From Nemertoderma westbladi (taxonomy: Eukaryota > Animalia > Xenacoelomorpha), in the NCBI GenBank assembly GCA_032718475.1, contig JAUCBJ010000755.1:1-59989 (forward strand): 59,989 bases of DNA, in the 5' to 3' direction. This document shows, piece after piece, positions 10,098 to 23,400 of this stretch; positions within the stretch are counted from its first letter, which is position 1; each line of letters opens with the position of its first letter. A model generated the notes under the pieces. The model did no database searches, had not been told where the DNA came from, and worked only from the letters and a program-made list of their open reading frames with translations. A program made the position numbers and the translations under genes.

Positions 10098-12200
10098 GAC
10101 TGCGGCCTCCAGCCGAACATTAGTGAAACTCTACGACTCGGCAGCTGGAACTGCAATGGATGGACGACAGCAAACTCAAACTTACGTGAAACAATCATAT
10201 CCGGTATAAATCCGGACATATTAGTTATGTGTGAAACTTTCCACAACAGGTCGGATGATCTCGCCTTCAGGGAGTTCGTCTGGTTTGGAAATGCACGACA
10301 AACTGTGAACAAGCGTGCAAAACGGGGATCGGGTGGAGTCGGTTTCTTCGTAAATAGATCTTTGCTCAAAAACTATAAAGTTTCGGTTGTTGATACTTCT
10401 CCCGAGGGAATAATATGTGCAATATTTAGGTCTCTAGATACGGATCACTCTATGTTGCTTTGTGGGTGTTACCTGCCACCTGAGTCGTCTGTTTATGGAC
10501 GTGATTCCATCGACTTCTACGCCCATTTACTATCCCAGATTTATCTGTACGGTAACTCGGTGGAGCAAGTTATAGTTCTAGGAGATCTAAACGGAAGAAC
10601 CGGGAATCTAGCTGACACTGTGTTTGATTTAGACCCTGACATTCCTACCCGCTCAAACGTGGATAGTGTGACAAATTCACATGGTAAAGCTCTCGCTGAC
10701 AGCTGATTTTGCACTGACAGCTGCATGTTTATTGCTAACGGTAGAATCCCAGCCGGGCAGTACGGTAGTAATGATGATTTCACTTTAGTAAATGTAAGAG
10801 GGAAATCTGTAGTTGATTATGCACTTGTATCTACAGAAAACTACTCAGATTGCGAGTCATTTTCAGTTTTAGCCAGTACTGATTTAGCGATAAAACATAA
10901 TTGTGTTGAACTCTGTACTGATAGTTGCAGATTACCCATCATTCACTAATACTGCTAGAAATACGCACTCATACCTTAGATAATTATAATGAACGTGGTA
11001 CAAATCTAGGAACTTGGATGGGGGATAATACTGAATCTAAGTTCGACACATATATTCCAAGAAAATACACTTTTTCTAGGCATGCTATACCTACTGATAC
11101 TTTAAATAGTCAAATCTCTTGGGGTGCGATTAATAAATTGTGCGATAACATTATAGTAGCTAGGGGGGAACAAGATACAATTGATCACTTATACACCACT
11201 ATTAGCAAAACTATTTCTAGGGAATTGGAAGTTTATGTTAAACAACAAAACTCTTCTAGCCCCCGAGTTAGAAAGCAGTTTAAATATAAAAAACCTTACT
11301 GGGATGCCGAGTTAACGGCACTCTGGAAGATTTTTCATCAAAAAGAACGTGATTTTCGAAAATGTACTCATGTTAACACCAATTATAAATCTGTACACTC
11401 GGAATTTTTATTAGCGCGTAAAGAATTTGATAAAACATTACGCCGTAAACGTAGAAAGTACCAAACTGATCAGGCCAATAATATTGAAAAATTAAGTTCA
11501 TCCGGTCAAAAAGATTTCTGGGATTGTTTAAATAAACTAGGACCTCGGAAAAATGTAGACATACCATTGGAAGTACATAGGAGTACTGGTGAAATTATTA
11601 ATAATATTCCTGATGTAATTAATGCTTGGAAGGACGATTTTTCTACGTTACTTAACCGAGCCGACTCGGGTAAAGCTGACACAGACTTTATTGAGCGAGC
11701 TTTGGGGCAGAAAACTGAACTCGAGTGGTTTATGGAAAGTTGTTCGTTTGAGACTGACAGTCCGCTTAATGTTCCGTTCACAGCGGATGAAGTACAATCA
11801 GCCGTTAATAAGCTAAAATACGGTAAAGCAGTTGGTTTTGACGGTTTGCCTAATGAATTCCTTAAATTACCTGGACTGTGTAACTTACTTGTTGAACTCT
11901 TCAATTATATTTTTGATACTGGCAAAATTCCGTCGGTTTGGCAGCAGGCTCTTATTAGACCATTTTATAAGGGTAACAGCACAAGTGTTAACGTACCATT
12001 AAATTACAGAGGAATTAGTCTTCTACCGTGCATAAGTAAGTTATTCACTTCTATATTGGATGTTCGTTTATCCAAATTTTGTGAAGTTGATGAATTATTG
12101 TCTAACGAGCAGAATGGTTTTAGAAAAAATCGTAGTTGCTTAGAACACATCTATACAATACATTCCATTACTTCTATTAGGAGAACAAATGGGTCTTCTA
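10098..12200 (+). pseudogene. LINE ORF2 (APE endonuclease plus start of RT), disrupted and 3'-truncated; clade uncertain (RTEX/L2-like)
   Basis: SWNCNG, MCET, GSGGVG, CYLPP, GDLNGR, VVDY; KAVGFDGLP, NYRGISLL, EQNGFRKNRS; stop at 10704-10706, frameshift near 10930. Confidence 0.9.
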
Positions 12201-12201
12201 C

Positions 12202-12490
12202 TTTAGTGTCTGGTTGGAGATGTGTGCATTGTACTTGACACAATGAACCCGGCGTAGCATTCTTGTGAATGTGCCATCCAGGGATTTGGTGTCCTCAGCA
12301 GTTAGAGCCCAGCATGGACTCCCATAGAGGAGTACTGCAACTACTGCTGCTCTAAATAATCGTACCTTAAATTTCTGATTAATTCTCGGTGACTTCCAAA
12401 TCCTGGAAAGCCTATTCAACGCTGCCCATGCCTTTCCCTTACGTATTCGAAGGTCCTCACCTGACTTCCGGATCCATGATCCCAGGTAAC
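12202..12490 (-). mobile_element. RTE-like LINE internal fragment
   Basis: Near-identical reverse complement of about 59315-59600 (LNRLSRIWKSP...LLYGSPCW). Confidence 0.9.
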
Positions 12491-12494
12491 ATAA

Positions 12495-14978
12495 GTCTAT
12501 AGATAGATAGATTTATTTATACATTATGTAAAAACAATAACAAATACACCAAACAATGTACCGGTATAAAGGTATTGTCCAACATAACATATAGGATTAC
12601 CCCTAAAGCTTTGCAGCTTATTTCCAAGGGGGTCCTTTATGTTACTTGGTTACAAATACAATATTACACTACGCTAACCTAAAACCAATATAAAACGTAA
12701 TTACACTATGTACATGTACAACTTTACCGAGAGCGTGACAATGCCCGACTCAACGATAAAGATGTAATGTACAGAACAATTTATTATAAAACGTAATTAC
12801 AGTATAAATAGTAAATAATTAATAAACTAATATCTTACTGTAGGACTATTGTACCTATTTTTACATTGCACACGGAGATGAGATTTAACTGCAGATTTAA
12901 AAGAATGTCGATTATTTAGGTTTTTAATTTCATTAGGCAGAGCGTTCCAATTTTTTATGCCGTTAAAAAAGAAAGTATCAGATTCAAAGGATTTACAATT
13001 CGGGAGGTAGAAGTTTGAAGCACTAGCTCTGGTACTGTAAGAGTGTGTATCGCGTACTCTGTTGAATTTTTGTTTTAGGTAATTGGGACATTTACCATTA
13101 TACACTTTATGCACATGGTTAAGGCGTAGCTGCTTAACTCAACTATCTAAGTTAAGTAGTCCAGATTCAGAAAAGTCATCTGGAGTTAGGTGGTGCCTAG
13201 GTTTGTAGTCTTTAATAAATCGTACTACTTTATTCTGAGCTACTTGTAATTTACATTTAAGCTGTTTGGTTAAGCCTTCATACCAAGAAGAGCACGCATA
13301 GTCCATGTGACACTGTATTAAAGAAGAGCAAAGTAACTTGCGGGAGTCGGTGTTCAAACTATTTTTATTTCTGTATAGAAACCTAAGCCTACTGTTAACT
13401 TTCGAGAAAATATTTTTCACTGTACTTTCTCCTGATAAGCAGTTATCCAATGTGGCGCCTAAATATTTAACTTCCTTTTTATTTTCAATCTTATGTCCAT
13501 TACTAGTGACTTCAAACTTAGTTACCTTCTTTAACTTTCTTTTGGAACCAAACAAAATACTTTCAGTTTTACCGTAGTGAATGGATAGCTTATTATCAAC
13601 CAACCACTCATTACAGGATTCTAGAACTGCACTTAACTTTTGGGAAATATGGATAGGATCTTTATGAGAGAAAATAAGAGCACTGTCGTCGGCATATAAA
13701 ATGAGTTTAAAATCGGGATCTATACTACTTATCATATCATTTACATAGCATACAAAAAGCAGAGGACCTAATATACTACCTTGCGGTACACCACAGGTAA
13801 TCTCTTGTACAGTAGACAGCGATTTGCTAATGACTACAGTTTGACCTCTGTCTGACAGGTAGGACTTGAACCAGTCTATAGAACCTACACCCATCAGGCC
13901 TAACTTACCAAGCAGAATTTCGTGATCTACAGTATCGAAAGCCTTTTGTAGGTCCAACATTACCATACCAGTATATAAACCCTTTGCGTTATTACATCTA
14001 ATTGTATCAGTTAAGTTAATAAGGCAGGTGTCTGTAGAATATGATTTACGAAAACCGGACTGAAGTTCATAGATCAGATTTAGCCTACTAAGATGTGCCT
14101 CCAGCTGTAGAAAAACAGAACGTTCTAGAATTTTAGATACAATACTTAAGATACTAACAGGTCTGTAATTACAGGGTTCTACTTTACTATTCTTTTTATA
14201 CAGAGGAACAACCTTAGCTAATTTCAGTTCGTCTGGTACTACATTATCTACGATAGAGTAATTAATAATAAAAGTAATAGGCACTTTAAGTACTTCAGCA
14301 CCATCCTTAAGAAAACGGGCAGGTATTAGATCTAGACCGGTACTTTTTGAGGCTGATAGGCTAAGTAGATTTTTAAAAACAAATCCTCAGAAACGGGTTT
14401 TAAAAATAACTTTTCTGAATTTTGTAACTTTTCTAAATAAAAATTATTTAGAGTTTCGGACCCTATACTATATTTATTACTTGATAACGGTAATTTCTTA
14501 ACTAAATTAGAGGCAACGTTAGTAAAATAATTATTAAATAAATTACTAACTAGAGTATGATCATGAATCAGCTCACCGTTATCTTGCAGAACAATATTCG
14601 ATTTAGATTTAAGGTTTTTATAACCTAAAGATTTTAGGGTAGACCATAGACTTTTAGGATTATCTTTATTCTCACTTATTTTGTTGTACAAATATTCAGA
14701 TTTAGCTTTTTTTATTTCCCGTTGGACAAGGTTTCTATATTTGCAGTAATTATTATAATCAGCTAAAACACGGTATTTCCTAAATTTATACAAATAGTTA
14801 TCTCTTTCTCTGATATTACTAAGAATACCCGAGGTCATCCAGGGCTCAGTGCGTTGTTTAAGACTAATTTCTTTAATTGGTGCTACAGTATTAAGTGCCT
14901 TTAAAAATATATCTTTAAAAACAGTGTACGCAAGGTTAATGTCAGCGGCCTTAAAACAGGGTTCCCAGTCAGAATTAA
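12495..14978 (-). mobile_element. 5'-truncated CR1/L2-group LINE with 3' UTR and (ATCT)n tail
   Basis: RT ORF 13139..14284 ([38 protein letters not shown]), with adjacent pieces 14332..14994 and 12827..13114; ends AATAAA-(ATCT)n on the minus strand. Confidence 0.92.
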
Positions 14979-15581
14979 CAGTCAGGGAAAACATCCCCGT
15001 GGGGATATGTGAAATTTAGGCTTAATTTCTCAACCTATCCTAGTCAGGATAGATGACATATCCCCACCAGGATAGATGGCACATTTTCCATTTTTTCGGT
15101 TTGCGCAAAAATTGGTTGGATGGCTATGTATTTCTTCGGTATTACAATGATCAATAGGTTACAAAAATTGTAAAATTTCACGCCCTTGTCATTGGTAAGA
15201 TTTATAAGAAGATTATAGGGGTTTTAAATTCACATTGATTTCTATCCTGCTGGGGATATTATCGACATATCCCCAGCAGGATATGTTTTATTTATATCCT
15301 GGTGGGGATATTTTGGATATATCCACAGTAGGATATGTTATAGAATAATATGTGTGTTTCCTATTCAGCATATCCTATTCAGGATATGCTAGGCAGTTGC
15401 TGGTGTGGGTGTTTCTACTGTATAGGATTTTGAGGGTGAAAGACATTTGATTTATCTGTCAGTAATTGTTAGGCAAATTATTACGAAACTGCAGTCTGAA
15501 TACTGGTAGGGCTACCGGTACTTATTAGACCCTATTACGATAGTTTGTTCTGTACCAGAATAATTCTGATTATTAATTATT

Positions 15582-16031
15582 TTGATAATGGCTTCCGGTG
15601 CGGTAAATATAGGGCCTAAAGAACCACGGAAGGGCCGTGTTGAAACTTGCTTCTGTTCCAATTTATCCGATCTATGCTCAACTGAAACTAGTGAAAATTT
15701 TTACACGAGGAATAAAATTTTCGAACTTCTTCTTTGGGTCCAAAATCCCAAAAGCTATGTTGGACCATTACATACCAGGGAGTCTATGGTAATGAATTAT
15801 GTAGATTCGTCCAAGTTTGGTGTCATGGTTAGAGCTGCCACTTCGCCTGCAGCATCTTACCCCACTCAACAGACAATCATACAGGCATCTTCTGTAGACT
15901 TCCCTGAAGTGTCGCCGTCTAAAGATATATGTATTGCGATAGATAACTTTCAATTTGTAGGCAAAACCTACCGCCTTTTCAATAAGGGTGTACCAATAAG
16001 CAAGGTTTGCTCAGTGATCAGCATACCTTAA
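15582..16031 (+). pseudogene. Possible transposase remnant inside the TIR element
   Basis: 149-aa ORF with IAIDNFQFVGKT; position inside the TIRs. Confidence 0.35.
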
Positions 16032-16454
16032 TTGTCAGGATTTATTAATTCAAAGGCACCCAATTCAGTCTGTCAGTTCATTGACCTAACTGGATTGGAT
16101 GTAGCCGAATGAGTGGAGGCCTTTATTGAAATTGAATTGATTGTAACATTGTTTATGTTACATTTAACATAACGTAACTATATTTAAATTATATAATATT
16201 AAGTCTGTACTGGTGTCAAAATATATAATGCAACTATCAGACTATCCCCAAAGGCATAATAATTAAAGAACCCAAAAATAAAGTAAACTGAAACTAAAGG
16301 TGTAGGCCTACTAAGGATTGAACTAAGTTGTCCCTTCTTCTTCCAACGGAAGTTGTGGAGGGCACTCCCCTTCGCCTTCAGTAATGACTGGGGGTGATAA
16401 ACCCGTTTCTTTCTAGCGCTAGCAGTGGCTGATGATTCATCTGGCTGTAGTTCG

Positions 16455-17110
16455 TGTTGTCCACTTACTCCATCTATCTCTGACATCATCTGTCCATCCA
16501 CTCCATCTACCCCCAGCACCTCCTGTCCATCCACTCCATCTACCTCCGATATCGCCTCTCCACTCACTCCATCTATCTCCGACATCCCCTGTCCACCCAC
16601 TCCATCTACCTCCAACATTCCTACACCTCCTGTCCATCCACTCCATCTACCTCCGATATCGCCTCTCCACTAACTCCATCTATCTCCGACATCCCCTGTC
16701 CACCCAATTTCATCTACCTCCAACATATCCTCTCCATCCACTCCATCTACTTCCGATATCGCCTCTCTACCCACTCCATCTATCTCCGACATCCCCTCTC
16801 CACCCACTCCATCTACTTCCAACACCTCCTGTCCATCCACTCCATCTACCTCCGATATCGCCACTCCACCCACTCCATCTATCTCCAACATCCCCTGTCC
16901 ACCCACTCCATCTACCTCCAACACCTCCTGTCTGCCTGTCCACCCACTCCATCTATCTCCGATATCGACTCTCCACCAACCAGCCAACTCCATCTCTCTC
17001 CGACATCACCTGTCCACCCACTCCATCTACCTCCAACACCTCCTGTCCACCCACTCCATCTACCTCCGATATCGCCTCTCCACCCACTCCAACATCCCCT
17101 GTCCATCTAT
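16455..17110. repeat. 36 bp C-rich minisatellite with 108 bp higher-order trimer
   Basis: Recurring cactccatcta(c/t)ctcc core; three alternating unit types. Confidence 0.85.
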
Positions 17111-17168
17111 ATCCATCTATCCAGTTAAGTTCAATCAGTCAATTTGTCTGAAGTTTAGTATGTTTACT

Positions 17169-17420
17169 GTATATACAGTTATAGTTCATATCCGTACCTC
17201 TGGTATTTTCGTATTGCAAAAATAAGACTATACGTATGAAATACCCTATGTTATTTTGAGATATTGTTTATTGTTTTGGTTAGAAAAGCCCACCACTGTA
17301 ACCTGCTCCTTTCCGTTAATTAAGTAATGGAGATTAGTTTATTGTTTTGGTTAGAAAACACCACCACTGTAACCTGCTTCTTTTGCCAGAGGTACGCATA
17401 TGAACGATAACCGTATATAC
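17169..17420. mobile_element. MITE with about 35 bp TIRs, Tc1/mariner-like TA context
   Basis: gtatatacagttatagttcatatccgtacctctgg / ccagaggtacgcatatgaacgataaccgtatatac (3 mismatches); internal ~40 bp direct repeat. Confidence 0.7.
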
Positions 17421-18104
17421 TGTACAACTCTACTGTAGACAGATATACCGGTATCAGTGTACTGTACAGACTGAGTTGTTGAGGGACTACCAGACTACAG
17501 GTCTACCCTTCAGTCAGCCAGGTACCGAAGTAGACTACCTATTATACCGGTTGTTATATTACTTTCGCACAGAAGGCAATACAGCATTAAGGCTACCAAC
17601 TAACATCTACGTGTACGGTACGTGTAAGCTTAGAGGCAATCCTTCTGGGGATATGCCACAAAACTTACATAAAACAAGCTACTGGCTGACTGGCAGACTG
17701 GTACATTATTCTAAAACATAGGCCTATCCTAAGACTGAAGATGTCCAAAATATCCCCACCAGGATATAAATAAACATGAATGAACTTTATCGTGAAACAT
17801 ATCCCGCTGGGGATATGTTGATAATATCCCCAGCAGGATAGAAATCAATGTGAATTTAAAACCCCTATAATCTTCTTATAAATCTTGCCAATGACAAGGG
17901 CGTGAAATTTTACAATTTTTGTAGCCTATTGATCATTGTAATACCGAAGAAATACATAGCCATCCAACCAATTTTTGCGCAAACCGGAAAAATGGAAAAT
18001 GTGCCATCTATCCTGGTGGGGATATGTCATCTATCCTCACTAGGATAGGTTGAGAAATTAAGCCTAAATTTGACATATCCCCACCGGGATGTTTTCCCTG
18101 ACTG

Positions 18105-18608
18105 CATGGGCATGTTAACAGAAAACAACAACTTCAATGGGATTCCATCTGTCCATCAATGTATATTTACATTTACCGTATGTGTTAGGCTTGTTAGCCG
18201 CTAATTCAGTGATTACAGAATTACAACAAAGGAATGAATAAGTTGCATGTCCAATCAGAGTTTCAAAATAATTAATAACAAAATTAATGTAAATCAAGGA
18301 TTAATAAGTAGATAAGTGTATGTTACGGCCGGTACTGCACTTTTGCGTTTTTTATACAGATTGGCCTCAACCGGAAGTTCCGACATTTTTAGTTATGACG
18401 CGGACATCTGCCATAAGGGTAATGCAATCAGTAGTAAAGCAATAGCTGATTGGCTTCCTGCCTTAGCAACTGCCTATCGCTTATTGGACGATTGTATCAG
18501 CATAAATTAGCATAAATGTGTGAGGGATGTTTGAATTTACATACTGTACAGTGTAATCTAAATATCTTTTTTAAAAAATGTGGGCCCGTCAATAATATAA
18601 TTTTATAC
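18105..18608 (-). repeat. Direct repeat copy 1; candidate 3' LTR remnant of the BEL/Pao element
   Basis: Highly similar to 30995-31485; left side cut by the TIR element. Confidence 0.6.
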
Positions 18609-18818
18609 CGCTCCATAAAAACAGGACTAAAGAGACTGTTTTTACAAGAGACTGTAGAGTGACGGAATCCCAATTTTTTATTACAAAAATAGAATGCCTA
18701 AGGCGTACCTACATATTTACAAATACACAAAATATAAATTTTAGAGCGTACTTAATATTACACCTTGCACATAATATACTTTCAGTTCATTTTCAAATAA
18801 TAATTAGGGCCAATACAC

Positions 18819-19087
18819 ATAAATCTTACGGAATATGATAAAGCATTCACTCAAAAAATATATATAATTGAATGACAGTATGCGCCACCGTTTACTGCAA
18901 TATAACCTTCACCAAACACCAAATATAACAAATATCTACATGGATAGGACTACATATAAATCTTACGGAATATGATAAAGCATTCACTCAAAAATTTTTA
19001 TAATTGAATGACAGTATGCGCCACCGTTTACTGCAATATAAACTTCGCCAAACACCAAATATAACAAATATTTACATGGGTAGGACT
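18819..19087. repeat. Tandem duplication of about 137 bp
   Basis: ataaatcttacggaatatgataaagc...taggact occurs twice. Confidence 0.85.
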
Positions 19088-19555
19088 CTAGTAGGAATAC
19101 ATTATTACGTCGCGATTCGAATAGGGCTGCCGATTAAAGTATCGGCCTTCAGAGCTGAGATTTTATTAATAAAAATTAGGGCATTTTATATCGACTAAAA
19201 AGGGGGGGTGCCGCGTTCGCCCAGGACTATTCGAGAGGTTAAAGTCCATCACTGGGGCGAATATTGCGCTATTTCGGGCCGGAGAGAGCTCTAACTCTCC
19301 CCTTTACCCCGCGGCATGATTCTGATGAGAGGTTGTCCTAATGGATCTTGTAGCAAACGTGCCACGCCCTATAGCTCTGGCGCTACGCTCACCGACAGGG
19401 ACGCACACGAGCTGCGACTGATAGAAAATGGTCGTCGGGGAAATATACATTTTGGGTGAGGTCGACTTGGGCGCTCAAGATGCATGGATCCCAGTTGGTC
19501 TGGATTCCCAGGGAGTATTCGTCTGGATGTAGTAGTGCCCCGCTCCTGACCCACG

Positions 19556-19825
19556 CTATCCTCGTTTCAGTTCCTTCGACACGGTCTTAAGTAGTAGAAG
19601 ACCACCTGTGATTGGACCTGCATTCAAGTACCTCCTGATCTTCTGCGCTTTTATGATCGCGATCGCACAGCGGAGATCCTTGTTGGTCAGCTGTAGATTC
19701 TCGTCTGGTTGGCTTGAGCGATATCCCATAGTATCGAGGTGATAGTCAAAATGATTCCCATAGGGAACCTCGTGCGGATTTCCCAAAACATCGTACGCGA
19801 TTCTCGTTTCATCTTGGGAATCCAT
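19556..19825 (-). CDS. Small ORF downstream of BEL pol, function unknown
   Basis: 89 aa, ATG start, same strand as pol, coding-like composition. Confidence 0.3.
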   Translation of the reverse strand: MDSQDETRIAYDVLGNPHEVPYGNHFDYHLDTMGYRSSQPDENLQLTNKDLRCAIAIIKAQKIRRYLNAGPITGGLLLLKTVSKELKRG

Positions 19826-20496
19826 GTTATTTTGGTCAAAAGAGTACCTTTATCTAGGAGAAAAACTCAGAATAGAATAAGAATGGGTTCATAGACTTTC
19901 GGCTCGACTGTGTTCTATACCTCCGACCTGTAGCCTAAGATCAAAGGTGCCTATAGCGACGGTTTTGTTATAAAATAAGTATATAGGCGCTGTTCAAAAA
20001 ATGCTTGAGGGGCAATCTAGCCGCGAGAAAAATACTCGCTTTTTGAACCCAAAACTACATCCCAGAGAAAATATGCAGTAGAGTGTTAGTCATAAGTATC
20101 ACAAAAAATGCTTGTCCCAAGATCTGGGTTACCGTCGCATCGACGTTGAATCTTGGGCGGACTGTCCACCAGTCGGAATCAACCATATCGCCAACATCTG
20201 CCCACCTGTGAGACTGAATTTTCCTATCAGCGTTCACATTCGAATGAATCATCTAAAAAATTGTCAAAATTGTCCGCTTGTGGGTTCAAGTAGAATTCCA
20301 TTGTTCATGTCCAAAACCGCGTAAATAATTTATGTGTAATATATATTTTGAATACCTGTAAGGATACTCTGAAGGGTACACATTTTTAGACAATGGAATT
20401 CTACCTCTGTCTCTATTTCTACTAAAATATAGATCATACTTACGTGTGTTGGGTGATGTGGTGACCCGTTGGTGCCATCGTAATGTCTGAAGTAGT

Positions 20497-23400
20497 TTAG
20501 GATGCTTGCGGAGGACTCCTGGGAGACTTGTAGTCTCCAGTCCTGTGCCGCGCTTCCTCTAGTAGCACTAACCTTTGCACTGGCCTATCTACTTTGCGGT
20601 TATCAATAGTCCTTACTGTTACAGTCCTGATCACGCCGTCTGGTGAAGGGTGTGCTTTCTGGATTACTCCCGTCATCCAGAACCTACGTTTAAGGTTTGC
20701 TTCTGCTAAGAGCACGTGGTCACCCTGTTGGAGATTACGAGTTTGCTGGTACCACTTAGTCCTGGCAGAGATAGAGGGCAAATAATGATCTTGCCATATC
20801 TCCCAGAACTTACACGCCAACAGTTGCGTCACCTTCCAGGCCTTGCGACAATAAAGGTCTCGGTCGTCAGGTATGGACGTTGGCAATAGTGACGTAGGTG
20901 ACTGCATGAGTAGATGGTTTGGAGTCAGTGGGAACTGGTTATCTCCGTCGTCGGGAACGAGTGCGATGGGTCTAGTATTTAAAATGGACTCTATCTCGAC
21001 AAACAAGGTGGTCAGTTCATCGTCTGTTAATACTCTGTTAACTGGCAAGGTCTTAGTCATTGTTGTTTTGACTGATCGGATCAGTCTCTCCCAAACCCCA
21101 CCCCTCCATGGACTGGCTGGAACGTTGAAGTTCCATTCAATCCGCCGGGGTTGGAGTTCTTTAGAGATCTGATCACGGTCTAGTCCATCCAAAGCTCGTG
21201 TGATCTCATTTCGTCCTCCTACAAAGTTCGTCCCACAGTCTGAGTGGAAAGTCTTTACGAGTCCGCGTCTAGCTATAAATCGTCGAAGGGCCAAGATAAA
21301 TGCGTTTGTCGTTAGGTCAGTAACACGCTCAATGTGTATGGCTCGACAGGCCATACACGTAAAGATCAAACCCCACCTTTTTACCATTACTCTACCTCGT
21401 TTGGTGTCGAAAGGACCGAAACAGTCGATTCCTGTCTCGGTGAATGGTGGTTGATATGCCTTTATTCTTGCCACGGGTAATTCGCTCATGATCTGGACAC
21501 CTATCCTGGAATGAACCTTCCGGCACACAATACACCCGCCCATTACTGAGGTTAGAGCCTTACTTGGTCTTATTAGCACAAACCTGTTTCGTAGTTGTGA
21601 GAGGCAGTGATGCCGCCCAGCGTGCTTGAGTTGGAGGTGTGTATCTAATATCATGGCTCGTTGTAACTCTAGCTGTTGTGGAATTATTATAGGGTACCTA
21701 AATGTAGCAGTTAAGTCTGTGGTCTGGAGTCGTGATTTGTGACACAGTAAACCGTGGTGTATGATAGGACTCCAGCTGAGAATGGGTGAGGACTTGATTG
21801 GACGACCCTGGGAGATGGCATTGAACTCACTTGAGAAATATCGCTGTTGGTAGTGGAGAAGAATATTTGTCTCACAGGCGTCCGTCTCTATGGTGGTTAA
21901 TTTCCTTGGGAAGTTACGTTTGCCGCCTAGGTATTGAGTGAAACGGCGTAACCAGGCCGTCTTTCTGCAGGCATCCCTCCAGGAAGCTGTTGTATTTACC
22001 AACTTGTCGTACAGTTGTCGAGTGGCATCATTGGGTGGTTGAGTAGCAATGTTTGGTTTGGAAGGTGAATTAATCAGACCCAAAGGCCTGTTCTGAACAA
22101 GGTTACCTTCTAAAATCTCGCATGTGGCTGAGACCCGCCCGGTATGTCCGTCTGGGTCAACTGGTACTTCTTCCTCCTCGGGTAGTTTACCCCTTTCAAC
22201 GCTATCTCGTGAATCCATCTGTAGTGGAGGTTTAAACTCGTCGATATAGATGGGTGTTACGTGTAGACTTTCGTTTGCAGTAGAAGTTGTTGTTATAGTG
22301 GTTGGTTGTGATGTCGGGATGTTACGTGACCGCAGGGTGATGCATGTTTCCACTTGGGTATTTAGAATACTCCGCTCCAATGGGTTTACCGCAGTGGCTG
22401 GGTCGTTGGTTTTATGGGAGGTTGTTATGAGTGTGCCCGAAGATCCACTTTGGGTGTGTCCTTTCTTTGGTTTGCCAGTCGTCTTTGACTTTGACTTCAC
22501 TTGGGTCACATGTTTAACTTCGGCGTCCTTAGGTAGACTATTTGATTTGGCGTCAAAGAGCGGTGGCCACTGGTCTCTCGGCTTAGTTAGGAAGGCAGGA
22601 CCATATAACCAAAATTTTCTTACCTCTGGGTCGCAGAATTCTGATGGCATCATCCCTCTAGAGGCTATGTCTCCAGGGTTTTGGTCTCCAGGACAGTGTC
22701 GCCAGTCTTCCTTGAGGGAATGATCGAGGATTTCAGCCCTCCGGTTAGCTACAAATGTTTTAAAATTGACTGTCTCACTGTTGAGGTAGAGGAGCACAAG
22801 AGTTGCATCAGTCCAATAGGTCACGTCTAAATTACCATCGAGCTCGCGCTGAATGAGTTTGGAGATATTAATAGCCAGCATTGCTGCTTGAAGTTCTGCC
22901 CGAGGGATGGTCATATATTTCATGGGCATTGTCTTTGCCTTCGAAGTTATAAGTGATGCTTCATAGACGTCTGGTGCCACCTGTCTACGTAGATATGCCA
23001 CTACCCCTAATCCATTCGTACTTGCGTCACTGAAACAGTGCAGTTCGATGTTGAGTGGGTACACTGCTTGTCGAGGGAAATAGACCCGAGGAATGACGTA
23101 GTCGGTGAGGAGTGGGAGCTGGTTCTCCCATTCGTTCCACTGCTTTGCTTGTTCCATGGCTATAGGTTCATCCCAAGTTAGCCCTGCCTGCCAGATGTTG
23201 CGTAAGTAGATGCGGGCTTGTAGTATGACAGGACTAATAAAATTCAAAGGGTCAAACAAGCGGCTCATGGTGGACAAACATATCCGCTTTGTGAGAGGTC
23301 CCGAGTTGGTGTTGACTTTTACGCAGACCCGGAAATTGTCGGAGTTGGGGTCCCATACTAATCCCAGTACCTTTGTCGTTGGCATTGACTCGAACTGCAG

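Larger units (their letters stand above)
14979..18104. mobile_element. Non-autonomous DNA transposon with about 310 bp terminal inverted repeats
   Basis: 14979-~15288 (cagtcagggaaaacatccc...) is the near-identical reverse complement of ~17795-18104; many internal atatccccancaggata motifs; superfamily not assigned. Confidence 0.88.

Noticed and set aside
19196-19212. AAAAAGGGGGG-TG as the BEL polypurine tract
   Set aside because: Wrong strand for a minus-strand element
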